DNA of 64,000 bases, taken from the NCBI GenBank assembly GCA_026387435.1, contig JAPLLS010000035.1, positions 1,692 to 65,691 of the forward strand, given 5' to 3'. The position numbers and the translations under genes were made by a program. This document shows positions 1 to 9,201 of this stretch, one piece after another (the stretch's first letter is position 1; every line of letters begins with the position of its first letter). This stretch comes from Candidatus Omnitrophota bacterium. Its GTDB lineage: Bacteria > Omnitrophota > Gorgyraeia > Gygaellales > Profunditerraquicolaceae. A model generated the notes under the pieces. It worked only from the letters and a program-made list of their open reading frames with translations, was not told where the DNA came from and did no database searches.

Positions 1-3000
1 TCTCTGTGCGCCAGTCGCTTTCCAAGCATCTATCGTTATTGTTTCCTCTTTGAACGCTCCTGTTATCTCTTGTGTTTTGATCGTTCTTGTTATCTCTTGC
101 GGAGCTAAATTGCTGTAACGTTCGGCCATATTCTTCATTTCATTAGTTACCCCGTGCGGACTTACGGCAAAAGCGGTAAGTTCTGCCCATAACGCTCCGG
201 TCAAAGCTCTGGCTCCCAATACTTGCAAATAATTATCGTCATTTATATTTACTCCGAAGCTTTTGAGTTGCTCGCTATAACCATTCTTCAAATCATCCTG
301 GCTATAATTCATAATAGCGGGCAATGCCGGCCGGGCCCAGCCCAAAGCTAACTCTTTTCCGGTAGTTATACCCGCGCCGATCGAAGTAATTATGGCGTGC
401 CTGACTAAGAAATTCTGCCAGGATTGGCTTGCGACTGGTTTTGAAAAATCAACCGGCGTCTTCCACCAAGCCTTAGCCGTAGCCCCACCAGCTTTAACTT
501 CAGGCGCTAAAGTACTGGCCCCAGCTTTAGCCTCAACTCCGCCTAAAGCCTCAACCGTAGCCCCGCCAGCTTTAACTTCAGGCGCTAACGTACTGGCCCC
601 AGCGTTAGCCTCAACTCCGCCTAAAGCACCGTTTCTTGCCGAAGCATATCTCATCAGATTGCTATCATCGGCAAACAACCTGGCCATGAGAGCATAGGAA
701 GCCCAATCAGCTGCGCCAGCTATATTGTTCGGGGAACCCAAGTTTTCATGAAAAAGAGCAACACCTGCGCCTGACCTGACTGCAGCCGCAGTCAACGGCC
801 AGGTCAAAAAAGATATTTTGTAAGCCGGGTTATATAAATTATTGAGGGTCTTGAGCATCTGCGGCTTATCTTCCAGCCAGTTCGCGCTAGTTCTTGCGGC
901 CAGAACCTTTGATGAGATCGTGCTCAAAGCGCCCATTGCTGCCCCATAAGCCAAACCTTGCGTAAAACCTTCGGAATAAGGAGTTATTACCAATGTATTC
1001 ATCCAGTTACGATCTGCTGTCGGATTATTCTTATAATAAACATCCAGACTGCCGGCCTGGGCATTTTTTACGTCGACAGTAATAGTCCCTACTGCCGGTG
1101 CAGTGGTAATGGCGCTAATTAGGGCATTCTTCCCCACATTACGCAAAAAAGTTGTAGCGGGAGTATTCGCAAAATTTGAATTTAAAATATGCGTAGAGAC
1201 CACTTTTGAAATTCCGGCTGTAACAAATATCGCCTCGTCCTGTTCCGGGGAAAGTAATTGGCCGTTATGAAGAATATACGAACCCGCGTTTGCAAAAGCG
1301 GTATGAATAGATCCGGAGACGGCAAACCGGCCTGCGGTGTTCAGAAGTGAAGCAATGCGGGGGTAATTTGTTAAAATCTCTGGGGTTTTGTTTACTCCTG
1401 CATACCAGTCAGTGAATTGAGCTAACTTCGCTAGTCTAGGGGAATTCTTTAACGCCTCGTTTGCCCAGGATAATCCTTGCGACGGAAGGGCCAAAGCAAA
1501 AGCTTCCCCAATTCCGTTAAAACTCGCTGAAGCTATATCATAACCGAGATTGATCTTTTCGCCGGAAGCATATTTCCCGCCTACATTAAAAAGTATGCTT
1601 GCGCCAACTGTCCAGGGAGCTAAACCTGCGGCTGTTGAGGCGATACCAGCTGCCCCGGAAACAAAACCAGTACCAAAACCAGCAGCAAAAGTTCCGGTCC
1701 CGGCACTTGTTGCAGCCGCACCTCCGGCTAATCCCCCGGCGACTCCTCCGGTTACCAAAGCTAACCCCGCTACGACAGTAGCTTCTGAAGCCGGCTTTAC
1801 AAGATAATTGTAGTTGTCGTCGCCTACGAATCCTTTCCAATAAGCCTCATTGCTCTTATCCATACCTTTCCAGGTAGTGGTAGCGCCTTTGAGGATCCCG
1901 GTATTTTCATTCCACAGTTTATCGCCTATTCCGGTATGGGTGACATTATCGTCAACCCACTCTAAACCTCCGCCTACGTGGTCACGCAGCCCCATGAAAC
2001 CCCTGAGTACAAATTTATTCGGCGCTGAGAAAATATCTCCGACCTCTTTATTTCCGGTTAGGTATGCCACATTCGCGATCGCCTCAGTAGGGCCGCCGAT
2101 TAATACCGGGTAAGTTATTGTTGAAAACTTCACGGTTGTCATTGCAGCGGTTTGCCATTTATTTGCGCCCTGCCAGAGGGGATTTATAAGAGATTTACCT
2201 GGGATTTTATTTACTATCGACGCAACCGTGCTGCTTTGGGATAAATAGCTTGATAGCGGCCCAAGCCCTAAAAGAGTGAAACCGCCAAAGCCACCGGAAG
2301 CCGCGGCCTCTAACATTTGATCATTACTCAGAGTTTTTCCGGTTGAAACGTAATGGGCCAGGCTGGAAATTCCCATGTTCAAAACCATCCCGCTTCCCAC
2401 TGTACCGGCATACAATCCTGCGGTGCTTAAACCAGTGGTTCCGAAAACAGTTACCGCCCCGGCGGCAGTAGTTGCTCCGGTCAAAGCCGCGGCTCCGTAT
2501 CCACCGGATATAGCGAACAACCCCACTTTGGCAAAAGCCAGGGGGTCGACTCTGTCCAGACCCGTAAGCTGTTTGCTGGGATCCTGAAGATCCCGGCCCA
2601 GGCCTAACTTTGTCCAGGCGCTCAACATCCCGCCGCCCGGTAGACCGCCGCCGGTGATTCTGTCGATCTTGGCCCCGAATGCTTTGGCTTCCGTACTTCC
2701 GGCTTGAATGCCTCCGGTCAAGTAAGTTATGGCATTATTGCTGCCATAGCCGGTACCCAAGCCGGTGCCGATCGCCCAAAGCCCAGCTCCCACCACGCCA
2801 AACTGGTTGGTATAATGAGTATATTCCGGGCCCAGTCTTGAAGTTATAGATTTAAGTCCATTGTCTTTGATATTGGCGGCAGAGCTTGCCAGGGACCCGA
2901 CTCCGCTCCTGAACGAATCTACTCCTGAGTTGGCCATGCTACTCGCTGTGCCTAGCGCTGATCCGGCCCTGGTCCTGAACGAATCTACTCCTGAGTTGGC

Positions 3001-3906
3001 CATCTTGCTCGCTGTGCCTAGCGCTGATCCAACTCTCTTGCTTATGTCGTCAAAAGCGCCAAAGATATCGCTTCCGCCTTTTACTTTCTGAGCTTCCTGC
3101 TTGCTGGCCGGGCTTAAGTTTAAACGGCGGGATTCTGTTTTGGATCTATCCACCAGGATATAACCGCTGAATTTTGCCGGGACTTCTTGTTTAGCGATAA
3201 ACTCTTCTTTTTCTTTTTCCAGGTAATAGATCTTCTCAGGAGTGACCCGGGTCACTAAAATGAAATGTTCCGCGTTGAGGTGGGCAATAAAAGGGGTGAG
3301 GCTGTTCAGCGATTCATCAATCAATTCCTGGGGTTTGACTTTGAAAGCTTCCAGCTCAAATCCAAATCCGCCGGCTACTTTCTGGATCGCATAAAGGCTG
3401 CTCCTGAGCTGGCCCTTGTAATCTTTGATGTTCCCGCTTAAAACATCGACCATGACCACCTGCAAGGTCAGCTCATACTGATTGGCGGTTTTCTGGCGGT
3501 ATTTTAAAAAGTTATTCAGGGCGTAGACCCCGCAATAATTGCTGACCTGGGTCTCGGAACTTCTTAACCAGTCATAAATCTTTTTAACTTCCCGGGCAGT
3601 GATTATCTTTGTATCTTTGGGGTTTTCTACCCCATCGACAACCAGGTTTTCGGAGATCTTGATCTTCTGTAAGGGTTTGTTGGCGAGGAAATCCAGGGAG
3701 CGCTTGATGTTCTCGGCTACGAAGTTGGAAACATATCCTTCCTGTCCGGCTCCCACCATTTGTTTCGGAGCCCAGAGGATGGTGGGGTCGTAGCCCATAG
3801 CCCAGGAAGCTTGCTCCGGTAAAAAGACCAGGACGACCAGCGCAGCGATCACTCTGATCCATCTGGGGTAGTTGGTCTTCATCACGGCTTTGTCCTGGGT
3901 ATTCAT
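1..3906 (-). CDS. Very large secreted protein, N-terminal 1302 aa only (runs off the window): signal peptide, C39 cysteine peptidase domain, double-Gly site, Gly/Ala-rich body
   Basis: Frame read by hand from ATG 3906 (alternative ATG 3882) toward base 1; no stop found in the large majority of lines checked. Missing from the ORF track, as expected if it has no stop in the window. Starts MNTQDKAVMKTNYPRWIRVIAALVVLVFLPEQASWA. C39 motifs NYCGVYAL, SLYAIQKVAGGFGF, PFIAHLNAEHFILV, KFSGYIL. Confidence 0.9.
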   Translation of the reverse strand, partial: MNTQDKAVMKTNYPRWIRVIAALVVLVFLPEQASWAMGYDPTILWAPKQMVGAGQEGYVSNFVAENIKRSLDFLANKPLQKIKISENLVVDGVENPKDTKIITAREVKKIYDWLRSSETQVSNYCGVYALNNFLKYRQKTANQYELTLQVVMVDVLSGNIKDYKGQLRSSLYAIQKVAGGFGFELEAFKVKPQELIDESLNSLTPFIAHLNAEHFILVTRVTPEKIYYLEKEKEEFIAKQEVPAKFSGYILVDRSKTESRRLNLSPASKQEAQKVKGGSDIFGAFDDISKRVGSALGTASKMANSGVDSFRTRAGSALGTASSMANSGVDSFRSGVGSLASSAANIKDNGLKSITSRLGPEYTHYTNQFGVVGAGLWAIGTGLGTGYGSNNAITYLTGGIQAGSTEAKAFGAKIDRITGGGLPGGGMLSAWTKLGLGRDLQDPSKQLTGLDRVDPLAFAKVGLFAISGGYGAAALTGATTAAGAVTVFGTTGLSTAGLYAGTVGSGMVLNMGISSLAHYVSTGKTLSNDQMLEAAASGGFGGFTLLGLGPLSSYLSQSSTVASIVNKIPGKSLINPLWQGANKWQTAAMTTVKFSTITYPVLIGGPTEAIANVAYLTGNKEVGDIFSAPNKFVLRGFMGLRDHVGGGLEWVDDNVTHTGIGDKLWNENTGILKGATTTWKGMDKSNEAYWKGFVGDDNYNYLVKPASEATVVAGLALVTGGVAGGLAGGAAATSAGTGTFAAGFGTGFVSGAAGIASTAAGLAPWTVGASILFNVGGKYASGEKINLGYDIASASFNGIGEAFALALPSQGLSWANEALKNSPRLAKLAQFTDWYAGVNKTPEILTNYPRIASLLNTAGRFAVSGSIHTAFANAGSYILHNGQLLSPEQDEAIFVTAGISKVVSTHILNSNFANTPATTFLRNVGKNALISAITTAPAVGTITVDVKNAQAGSLDVYYKNNPTADRNWMNTLVITPYSEGFTQGLAYGAAMGALSTISSKVLAARTSANWLEDKPQMLKTLNNLYNPAYKISFLTWPLTAAAVRSGAGVALFHENLGSPNNIAGAADWASYALMARLFADDSNLMRYASARNGALGGVEANAGASTLAPEVKAGGATVEALGGVEAKAGASTLAPEVKAGGATAKAWWKTPVDFSKPVASQSWQNFLVRHAIITSIGAGITTGKELALGWARPALPAIMNYSQDDLKNGYSEQLKSFGVNINDDNYLQVLGARALTGALWAELTAFAVSPHGVTNEMKNMAERYSNLAPQEITRTIKTQEITGAFKEETITIDAWKATGAQR
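478..627 (-). repeat. In-frame 78-bp tandem duplication (ALGGVEA[N/K]AGASTLAPEVKAGGAT x2)
   Basis: Near-identical copies at 478-549 and 556-627, period 78 nt. Confidence 0.95.
2908..3030 (-). repeat. In-frame 66-bp tandem duplication (GSALGTAS[K/S]MANSGVDSFR x2)
   Basis: Two copies with period 66 nt, starting about 15 aa after the GG site. Confidence 0.95.
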
Positions 3907-3980
3907 ATTATTATAATAATAATAATAATAAAAAATAAAAAAACTTTGGCTAAACTTTTTAAATCTAATTATTAAGCGTG

Positions 3981-4020
3981 AAAAAAAAATAACTAGTCAC
4001 CGTTTCGGCAGCCTAGTTAT
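3981..4020 (-). terminator. Intrinsic terminator inside the 5' leader of the giant gene (attenuator)
   Basis: Minus strand ATAACTAGGCTGCCG-AAA-CGGTGACTAGTTAT followed by a T run; lies between the promoter (4092-4120) and the ATG (3906). Confidence 0.7.
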
Positions 4021-4091
4021 CGACGAGAATTCCGTGGCTTTGCTATCCCAAAAAGTTCTTTAAAGGGACAACCTTTTCGTTCGGCACTATA

Positions 4092-4120
4092 AATATAACA
4101 TATATATAAGTACTTGTCAA
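4092..4120 (-). promoter_or_regulatory. Sigma70-type promoter for the giant gene
   Basis: TTGACA-17 nt-TATATT, with TG just upstream of the -10. Confidence 0.75.
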
Positions 4121-4390
4121 TACTAAGTTTTAAGTTCAAAGAAAACCCTTTCAAAACAGTTAAAAAAGCCTCTTTGGGCGAAAATTTAAGCCCAAGATTT
4201 GAGCCGAAGAAATAAAATCATGCTCGTTTTCTTCAAACAAAACCGCCTAGCTAAAACCTGAAAACTCGCTTTTCCTGGCCCAAGAGCTTTGCTCCATTTC
4301 ATCCCCACCTACCCGCATGACCCCCAAAAACCACGTTCCCCTCAGCTAACTAACCACTCTAGGTCTGAGTTAAAATGAAACCAATTTAGT

Positions 4391-4446
4391 AAATTGGACA
4401 TTTATAAATCAACAAACTATTGTCCAATTTCAAAAACAATGTCCAG
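4391..4446. promoter_or_regulatory. TGGACA repeat cluster (putative operator)
   Basis: AAATTGGACA (4391-4400) and TGTCCAATTT (4421-4430) form a perfect inverted pair; third site TGTCCA at 4440-4445. Confidence 0.55.
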
Positions 4447-4500
4447 ATTTGTAAATTAGTGATAGAAAGAAGAGCTAAACTGAAGAATTAAACTGAGGAA

Positions 4501-5367
4501 TTAGAATTTCAATTGTCCGCCCTGGGTAAACTTGATCAATATTGGGCCGGCAACAATGATTAAAACCACAGGCAGAATAAAGAAAAGCAGGGGGAATAAG
4601 AGTTTGATCGGCGCTTTTAAAGCCATTTCCTCGCCTTTTTGAAAGCGGATATCGCGCAATTCTTCAGCGTGCATTTTAAGCGCGGTAGTGATCGGAGTAC
4701 CCATTCTATCCGCTTGGAGCAAAGTGCGGACAAAAGAATTGATCTCCTGGCTTTTAATCCGGGCGGCCAGGTTTTTCAAAGAATCCCTGCGGGAAAGGCC
4801 CATCTGGATCTCCCGGACTAAAACTTTCAATTCCTCAACTAATACGCACGGCCGGAATTCTTTAATGACATGATTAACCGCAACCATAAAATCCAGGCCT
4901 GCGCCAACGCAGATATTCAAAAGGTCGATTACATACGGCAGGTCTTTTAAGACTTCTTTTTTTCTTTTCTTGATCTGGTTGGTAAGCCAAAGATCCGGGA
5001 GAAAATAGGCTATGACCATGGCCAAAACTAAGATCCACGGCTGAGGCTGGAAAAGGATATAGAGCCCTAAAGGCAAGCCAACCGTAGACAAAAACTTCAG
5101 GGCCATGAACTGGCTCATGTTCATAGGCCTGCCGGCAGCATATAATTTAAGTTTGATCTTTTCCGTAAATTTTGATTTTTTGACCAGCCGGTCGGTGAAT
5201 TGGGCGGTAAAACTCAAAACTTCTTTAGTGTCGAATTTCTTGGACTCTTCCTGGCCTTTCATCTCCTTAGGTAAAGTGACTTCTTCCAGCACGTGCTTGC
5301 TGGTCAATAAGAAGAAGGCCATGCTGATACAAAGAATCAATAACATCAAAGCCATAACTAAAAGCAT
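4501..5367 (-). CDS. tadC: Tad pilus platform protein TadC (T2SS F family)
   Basis: DLPYVIDLLNICVGAGL, FVRTLLQADRMGTPI, EEMALKAPIKLLFPL. Confidence 0.92.
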   Translation of the reverse strand: MLLVMALMLLILCISMAFFLLTSKHVLEEVTLPKEMKGQEESKKFDTKEVLSFTAQFTDRLVKKSKFTEKIKLKLYAAGRPMNMSQFMALKFLSTVGLPLGLYILFQPQPWILVLAMVIAYFLPDLWLTNQIKKRKKEVLKDLPYVIDLLNICVGAGLDFMVAVNHVIKEFRPCVLVEELKVLVREIQMGLSRRDSLKNLAARIKSQEINSFVRTLLQADRMGTPITTALKMHAEELRDIRFQKGEEMALKAPIKLLFPLLFFILPVVLIIVAGPILIKFTQGGQLKF

Positions 5368-5368
5368 A

Positions 5369-6220
5369 TTACACCTCTACCTTGCTTAATTTTCTGATCA
5401 GGATTATGCCGATTATTTCCGAACACGCCGCCCAGATCAAAAGCTTCCGGCCAATAGGGCTATTAAGCATTATATCGAAACTTTCAGGATTCACTTGTTT
5501 TACAAACAAAGCAAAAGCGATCGGCAGGATGCACATGATCAGTCCCTGGAGCCGGCCCTGCACGGTTAAAGCCCTGACTTTTCTCTCCAGCTTGATCTTG
5601 TCTCTGATGGTAATAACCAGCTGGGCGAAAATATCGGTTAAATTACCTCCGGTCTCGCGGGCTACGGAAACTGCGGAAGTTATCAGCCCCAAATCGTCGA
5701 TCGGCATTCTTTTCCTCAAATTATCCAAGCACTCATCCAGCGGCATTCCCATGCTGTTTTCCCTGACTACCAGGGCAAATTCTTCACGCATGGGGTCAGG
5801 CATTTCTTCGACCAATATTTCAAAAGCCTGGTTTAAACTCATCCCCGCTTTTAAAGCGCTGGAAAGGATCATTAAGGCATCAACCAGCTGCCCCTGGAAT
5901 TTCATCCTGCGCCGGAAAGCCAGGTTCTTCATTATAGCTGCGGGGATAATGAAACCGACGGCAAGGCCCGCGCCGATGCCGATAAGAGGGAATTTGCGCA
6001 ACAAAACATACCCCGCCAAGGCTAATACCACCGGGGATATGGTAAAGAACGGCAACATCTTGCGCCCCTGGTTGGCCATGAACAGGCGGTCAAGGCCGGA
6101 CGCGGTTGTATCCATTCTTTTTTTCTGAAGCTTGGAATATTTATCCGTGCCTACGGGAATGGACACATAGGCCAAGTATCCGATCGACCCTAAAAAAAGA
6201 ATGAGGATTATAAATACCAT
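5369..6220 (-). CDS. tadB: Tad pilus platform protein TadB
   Basis: FQGQLVDALMILSSALKAGMSL, ARETGGNL, VRALTVQGRLQ. Confidence 0.92.
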   Translation of the reverse strand: MVFIILILFLGSIGYLAYVSIPVGTDKYSKLQKKRMDTTASGLDRLFMANQGRKMLPFFTISPVVLALAGYVLLRKFPLIGIGAGLAVGFIIPAAIMKNLAFRRRMKFQGQLVDALMILSSALKAGMSLNQAFEILVEEMPDPMREEFALVVRENSMGMPLDECLDNLRKRMPIDDLGLITSAVSVARETGGNLTDIFAQLVITIRDKIKLERKVRALTVQGRLQGLIMCILPIAFALFVKQVNPESFDIMLNSPIGRKLLIWAACSEIIGIILIRKLSKVEV

Positions 6221-6244
6221 TTAACCTCTTGGTTGATTATCTGC

Positions 6245-6442
6245 TTAATTGCTGGTGTGAAGGGGATCATATTGCCTGCCGTGGCCGAATATATCCATCG
6301 ACTGTTTCCATTTCCCGGAAACAGCCCTTTTCAAGTAGGCAGACATGCCTAAAAGAGCTACGCCCACAACCGCTACAAGAACGGCGTATTCGATTAAGGA
6401 CATCCCTTTTAATGGTCTATATTTCATTTTACTGGCTTTCAT
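6245..6442 (-). CDS. Flp-like pilin 14 (65 aa; alternative start 6427)
   Basis: Class III signal KG|MSLIEY, hydrophobic helix, YLKRA. Confidence 0.85.
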   Translation of the reverse strand: MKASKMKYRPLKGMSLIEYAVLVAVVGVALLGMSAYLKRAVSGKWKQSMDIFGHGRQYDPLHTSN

Positions 6443-6677
6443 GGAATATGTTCATCGGTGTGTTGCCGTTTCCCTGGTTAAAAAAATCGACCCCGGTTGC
6501 CGCGGTGCCCGTATTCATGTTACGGGTAGTTTCGTAAGCATTATGCCGGTTGACTATTCTGGCCCCAAACCAGACAAACATTTTGGTGGCCAGGACAACA
6601 AACAAAACCAGCATCACAAAGGTGATCACGAATTCCAGGCTGACCTGAGCTTTTAATCTCACTTTGGAGTTGTCCAT
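6429..6677 (-). CDS. TadE-like pseudopilin 13
   Basis: KA|QVSLEF followed by a hydrophobic helix. Confidence 0.8.
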   Translation of the reverse strand: MDNSKVRLKAQVSLEFVITFVMLVLFVVLATKMFVWFGARIVNRHNAYETTRNMNTGTAATGVDFFNQGNGNTPMNIFHESQ

Positions 6678-7627
6678 GTTTTTGTGGGTTCCGCATCTCC
6701 GAAAGTAACGGTTACGTCATCACGGCCGCTTGATGTTATTATAACATGATTTAGAATTTCTGCACTATTTAATGATTCCGTGCTGGTATAACTATTGGCG
6801 TTTTCCACTAAGCCAAGGGTGCTGTCCCTTTTGATATCTTTATTCACCACTTGTTGTACTTCCAGAGTCGAATTCATTTGGCCGGCGTTTGGATTTAAAA
6901 AGTCGATCACTGCAGGAGGATCTCCCGCATTCCCGCTAACATCATAAACCCCATAATACTCTAGGCCGGACCTGGCGCTGTCATATTTCGTCGAGTCTAA
7001 AATACTTTTTTCACAATAATCCTCTAGGCAATCTGTATCATTCATTAAAACCATGACTTGTTTGGTGCCGTATCCCGGCTCCTGCTGATAAACCTTGGTT
7101 TGCGCCAGACTGCCAATATTGTAAATATCGTTGACTCCCTTAAGAATCGAGTCTGTATTCACTATTATGCTCCCGGGCTCGGGTTCCAAAGCTGCAGTAG
7201 TGTACTCCCGGATAACCGGAGCAACAAGATTGCTATCGGGATTAAAAACATATTGCACTGATTCTGAAGTGTCGAGAGTAGCATAATCTAATGGCGTGGA
7301 ATTATTGCTCCAATAAACTCCCTGTGCTCCCGTCCTTGCTTGGACCGTGCTCCTGCCTCCCAGACCAAACATATCCGTAGGATCGGGGGTTTCCACATCC
7401 TTGCGCACATCCACCACTTGAGCCTTAGGGACATTTGATGCGCTGGCCTTTTGCATAGCCCGGCGGAAAGCCTCCATTTTTGTTTCCTGCTCATAATTGA
7501 ACGACACGCCTTGCGAGACCATATAAGCTAAGACCATAAGAAGCAAAGAACCAAAAACCGCCACCTCGGCGAGGCTTTGGCCTTTATTACCCGGCCGGTT
7601 TTCTTTGATCCAACTGAAGTTTACCAT
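6659..7627 (-). CDS. Large TadE-like pseudopilin 12 (322 aa)
   Basis: KG|QSLAEV, hydrophobic helix, then a soluble domain. Confidence 0.78.
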   Translation of the reverse strand: MVNFSWIKENRPGNKGQSLAEVAVFGSLLLMVLAYMVSQGVSFNYEQETKMEAFRRAMQKASASNVPKAQVVDVRKDVETPDPTDMFGLGGRSTVQARTGAQGVYWSNNSTPLDYATLDTSESVQYVFNPDSNLVAPVIREYTTAALEPEPGSIIVNTDSILKGVNDIYNIGSLAQTKVYQQEPGYGTKQVMVLMNDTDCLEDYCEKSILDSTKYDSARSGLEYYGVYDVSGNAGDPPAVIDFLNPNAGQMNSTLEVQQVVNKDIKRDSTLGLVENANSYTSTESLNSAEILNHVIITSSGRDDVTVTFGDAEPTKTWTTPK

Positions 7628-7953
7628 GGGTTTAAATGCTCGCTGCCTGTTCTGGTCTGTTCTACTTGCTGAGAATCTGTCTCGTCTACTGCGTATTCAT
7701 CACCGTTCGTGATAACCTGGTAATTTGAGATGGCCTCGGAGTTCACGTTGGTCTGGATCGACGATAATTCCATGCCCTCTGAATCATAGGGGTTTTCGCT
7801 TATTTGATCCGCAGCCTGCTTGGCCTTGCCCTCAACAGCCCTTTTCATATAGAACTGCATAGCGATAATTCCTGCGGCTATGATAGCCACCAGGAAAGCG
7901 TATTCCAGCGTAGATTGCCCTTTTAATCTAAATTTTTTCATTGGTTTTTTCAT
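7621..7953 (-). CDS. Flp-like pilin 11
   Basis: KG|QSTLEY ... MQFYMKRA. Confidence 0.87.
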   Translation of the reverse strand: MKKPMKKFRLKGQSTLEYAFLVAIIAAGIIAMQFYMKRAVEGKAKQAADQISENPYDSEGMELSSIQTNVNSEAISNYQVITNGDEYAVDETDSQQVEQTRTGSEHLNPW

Positions 7954-7955
7954 CG

Positions 7956-8477
7956 CTATCTGCCTCCAGCACCGGAGTTAGTTACTCCGCTGCGCCCGGC
8001 AGCTCCGCCGCCGCCGAAACCGTTGCTGCCGCCGAAACCGCCGCCGAAACCGTTGCTGCTAGGTGTCGTATCTGCAAACGTTGGAAATGTTTGCGCATAG
8101 AAGACCGGGCTGTGGATAATGCCGTACTTAAGGTACTCTGCCGGCGGTATAATTACGCTAGAGGATGCGTCAGTAACGCTGCTGTCTTGATTGATTTGAA
8201 ACCTTCTGTCGCCCCTGGCGTATTCATTAGTGATAAATTCCTGGTTAGAAACTGTTACGGTGGGATCCGGCGCATAATCCCACCCTACTGTTCTGCCCCC
8301 CTCTGTTTGCGGGTCTATACCCATGGCCTGTAATACAGGAGACCCCAGGTCATCGCTAGTAGACTTGATAATCCCCTGGATCCCTCTTTTAAAATAGGCC
8401 TGCATCGCAAAAACGGTTATCGCGACGCAGCCTATGAGCAAAGAATATTCCAGGAAACTCTGGCCTTTTCTCATCAT
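7956..8477 (-). CDS. Flp-like pilin 10 with Gly-rich tail
   Basis: KG|QSFLEY ... MQAYFKRG; C-terminal SNGFGGGFGGSNGFGGGG. Confidence 0.85.
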   Translation of the reverse strand: MMRKGQSFLEYSLLIGCVAITVFAMQAYFKRGIQGIIKSTSDDLGSPVLQAMGIDPQTEGGRTVGWDYAPDPTVTVSNQEFITNEYARGDRRFQINQDSSVTDASSSVIIPPAEYLKYGIIHSPVFYAQTFPTFADTTPSSNGFGGGFGGSNGFGGGGAAGRSGVTNSGAGGR

Positions 8478-8517
8478 TATCCTTAAATTTTTAGAATCCT
8501 ACCCCAGGCAGCGCCAC

Positions 8518-8847
8518 CTATGGTTCAAGTGAAACATAGGTTGTGCTTCCTTGCGAGGTAAAATTCGAGTCAAAATCGCTGATCCGCTCGCCTCTGTTGC
8601 GGATATCCAGATATGTATTTTGCGACGTCTGGAAATCAGAGCTGCTGGAATAATAGTACGGCTCGTATTGACCGGCTTCAGCGCTCACGGATGCAGCGTC
8701 AACAACGTTCCGATAACGGCCGGAAACCCCCCGCTTGACATAAGTAACCATAGCCACAGCCGCCAATAAAACTGCGGCCAGGCAAAAAGCGTATTCAAGC
8801 GCGCCTTGGGCTTTCCGGCTCCTGGCCGGTGATTTACTGGCCTTCAT
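8518..8847 (-). CDS. Flp-like pilin 9
   Basis: KA|QGALEY ... YVKRG ... QYEPYY. Confidence 0.85.
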   Translation of the reverse strand: MKASKSPARSRKAQGALEYAFCLAAVLLAAVAMVTYVKRGVSGRYRNVVDAASVSAEAGQYEPYYYSSSSDFQTSQNTYLDIRNRGERISDFDSNFTSQGSTTYVSLEP

Positions 8848-9160
8848 ACAGATCTGCGCCTGCTCCGGTAGTCCACGTTGCCAAAGCTTCCTGACCCGTC
8901 TTAGAACTTACCGAGTCTGCGTTGAGAGTCGTCGTTGCTACCCCGCCAGCTTCCGATTGATGCGCATCTGAGTTTGAGGTAGACGTTAAAGTGGCGGTAT
9001 ATTTCGCCGGCTCAAACTGTTCTCCCATATTATCACCAGCGGCTTTTAATTTCCCTTCCCAACCGCGTTTGACATAAAACTGCATGGCCAAAAGCCCGCC
9101 GACAATAATTGCTACAACTATAGCGTACTCCAGTGTGCTTTGCCCTTTTCTGTTTAACAT
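8834..9160 (-). CDS. Flp-like pilin 8
   Basis: KG|QSTLEY ... MQFYVKRG ... QFEP; RBS GAGGAGG. Confidence 0.88.
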   Translation of the reverse strand: MLNRKGQSTLEYAIVVAIIVGGLLAMQFYVKRGWEGKLKAAGDNMGEQFEPAKYTATLTSTSNSDAHQSEAGGVATTTLNADSVSSKTGQEALATWTTGAGADLYEGQ

Positions 9161-9201
9161 TTTTTTGTCCCTCCTCGTCTAAATAATTTTTATTAAGCGC
9201 G

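Noticed and set aside
478-3030. Direct repeats as a possible CRISPR array
   Set aside because: Only two adjacent copies each, period a multiple of 3, inside a CDS, no spacers and no cas genes.
392-3862. Short ORFs in the track (392-697, 1550-1807, 1586-1840, 1850-2113, 2375-2587, 2861-3091, 3584-3862, etc.)
   Set aside because: Antisense or off-frame shadows of the long minus-strand ORF 3906 to <1.
3990-4085. Calling the giant-gene leader a canonical c-di-GMP-I riboswitch
   Set aside because: It lacks GGCAAAC and the GNRA/receptor elements; kept only as a candidate variant.
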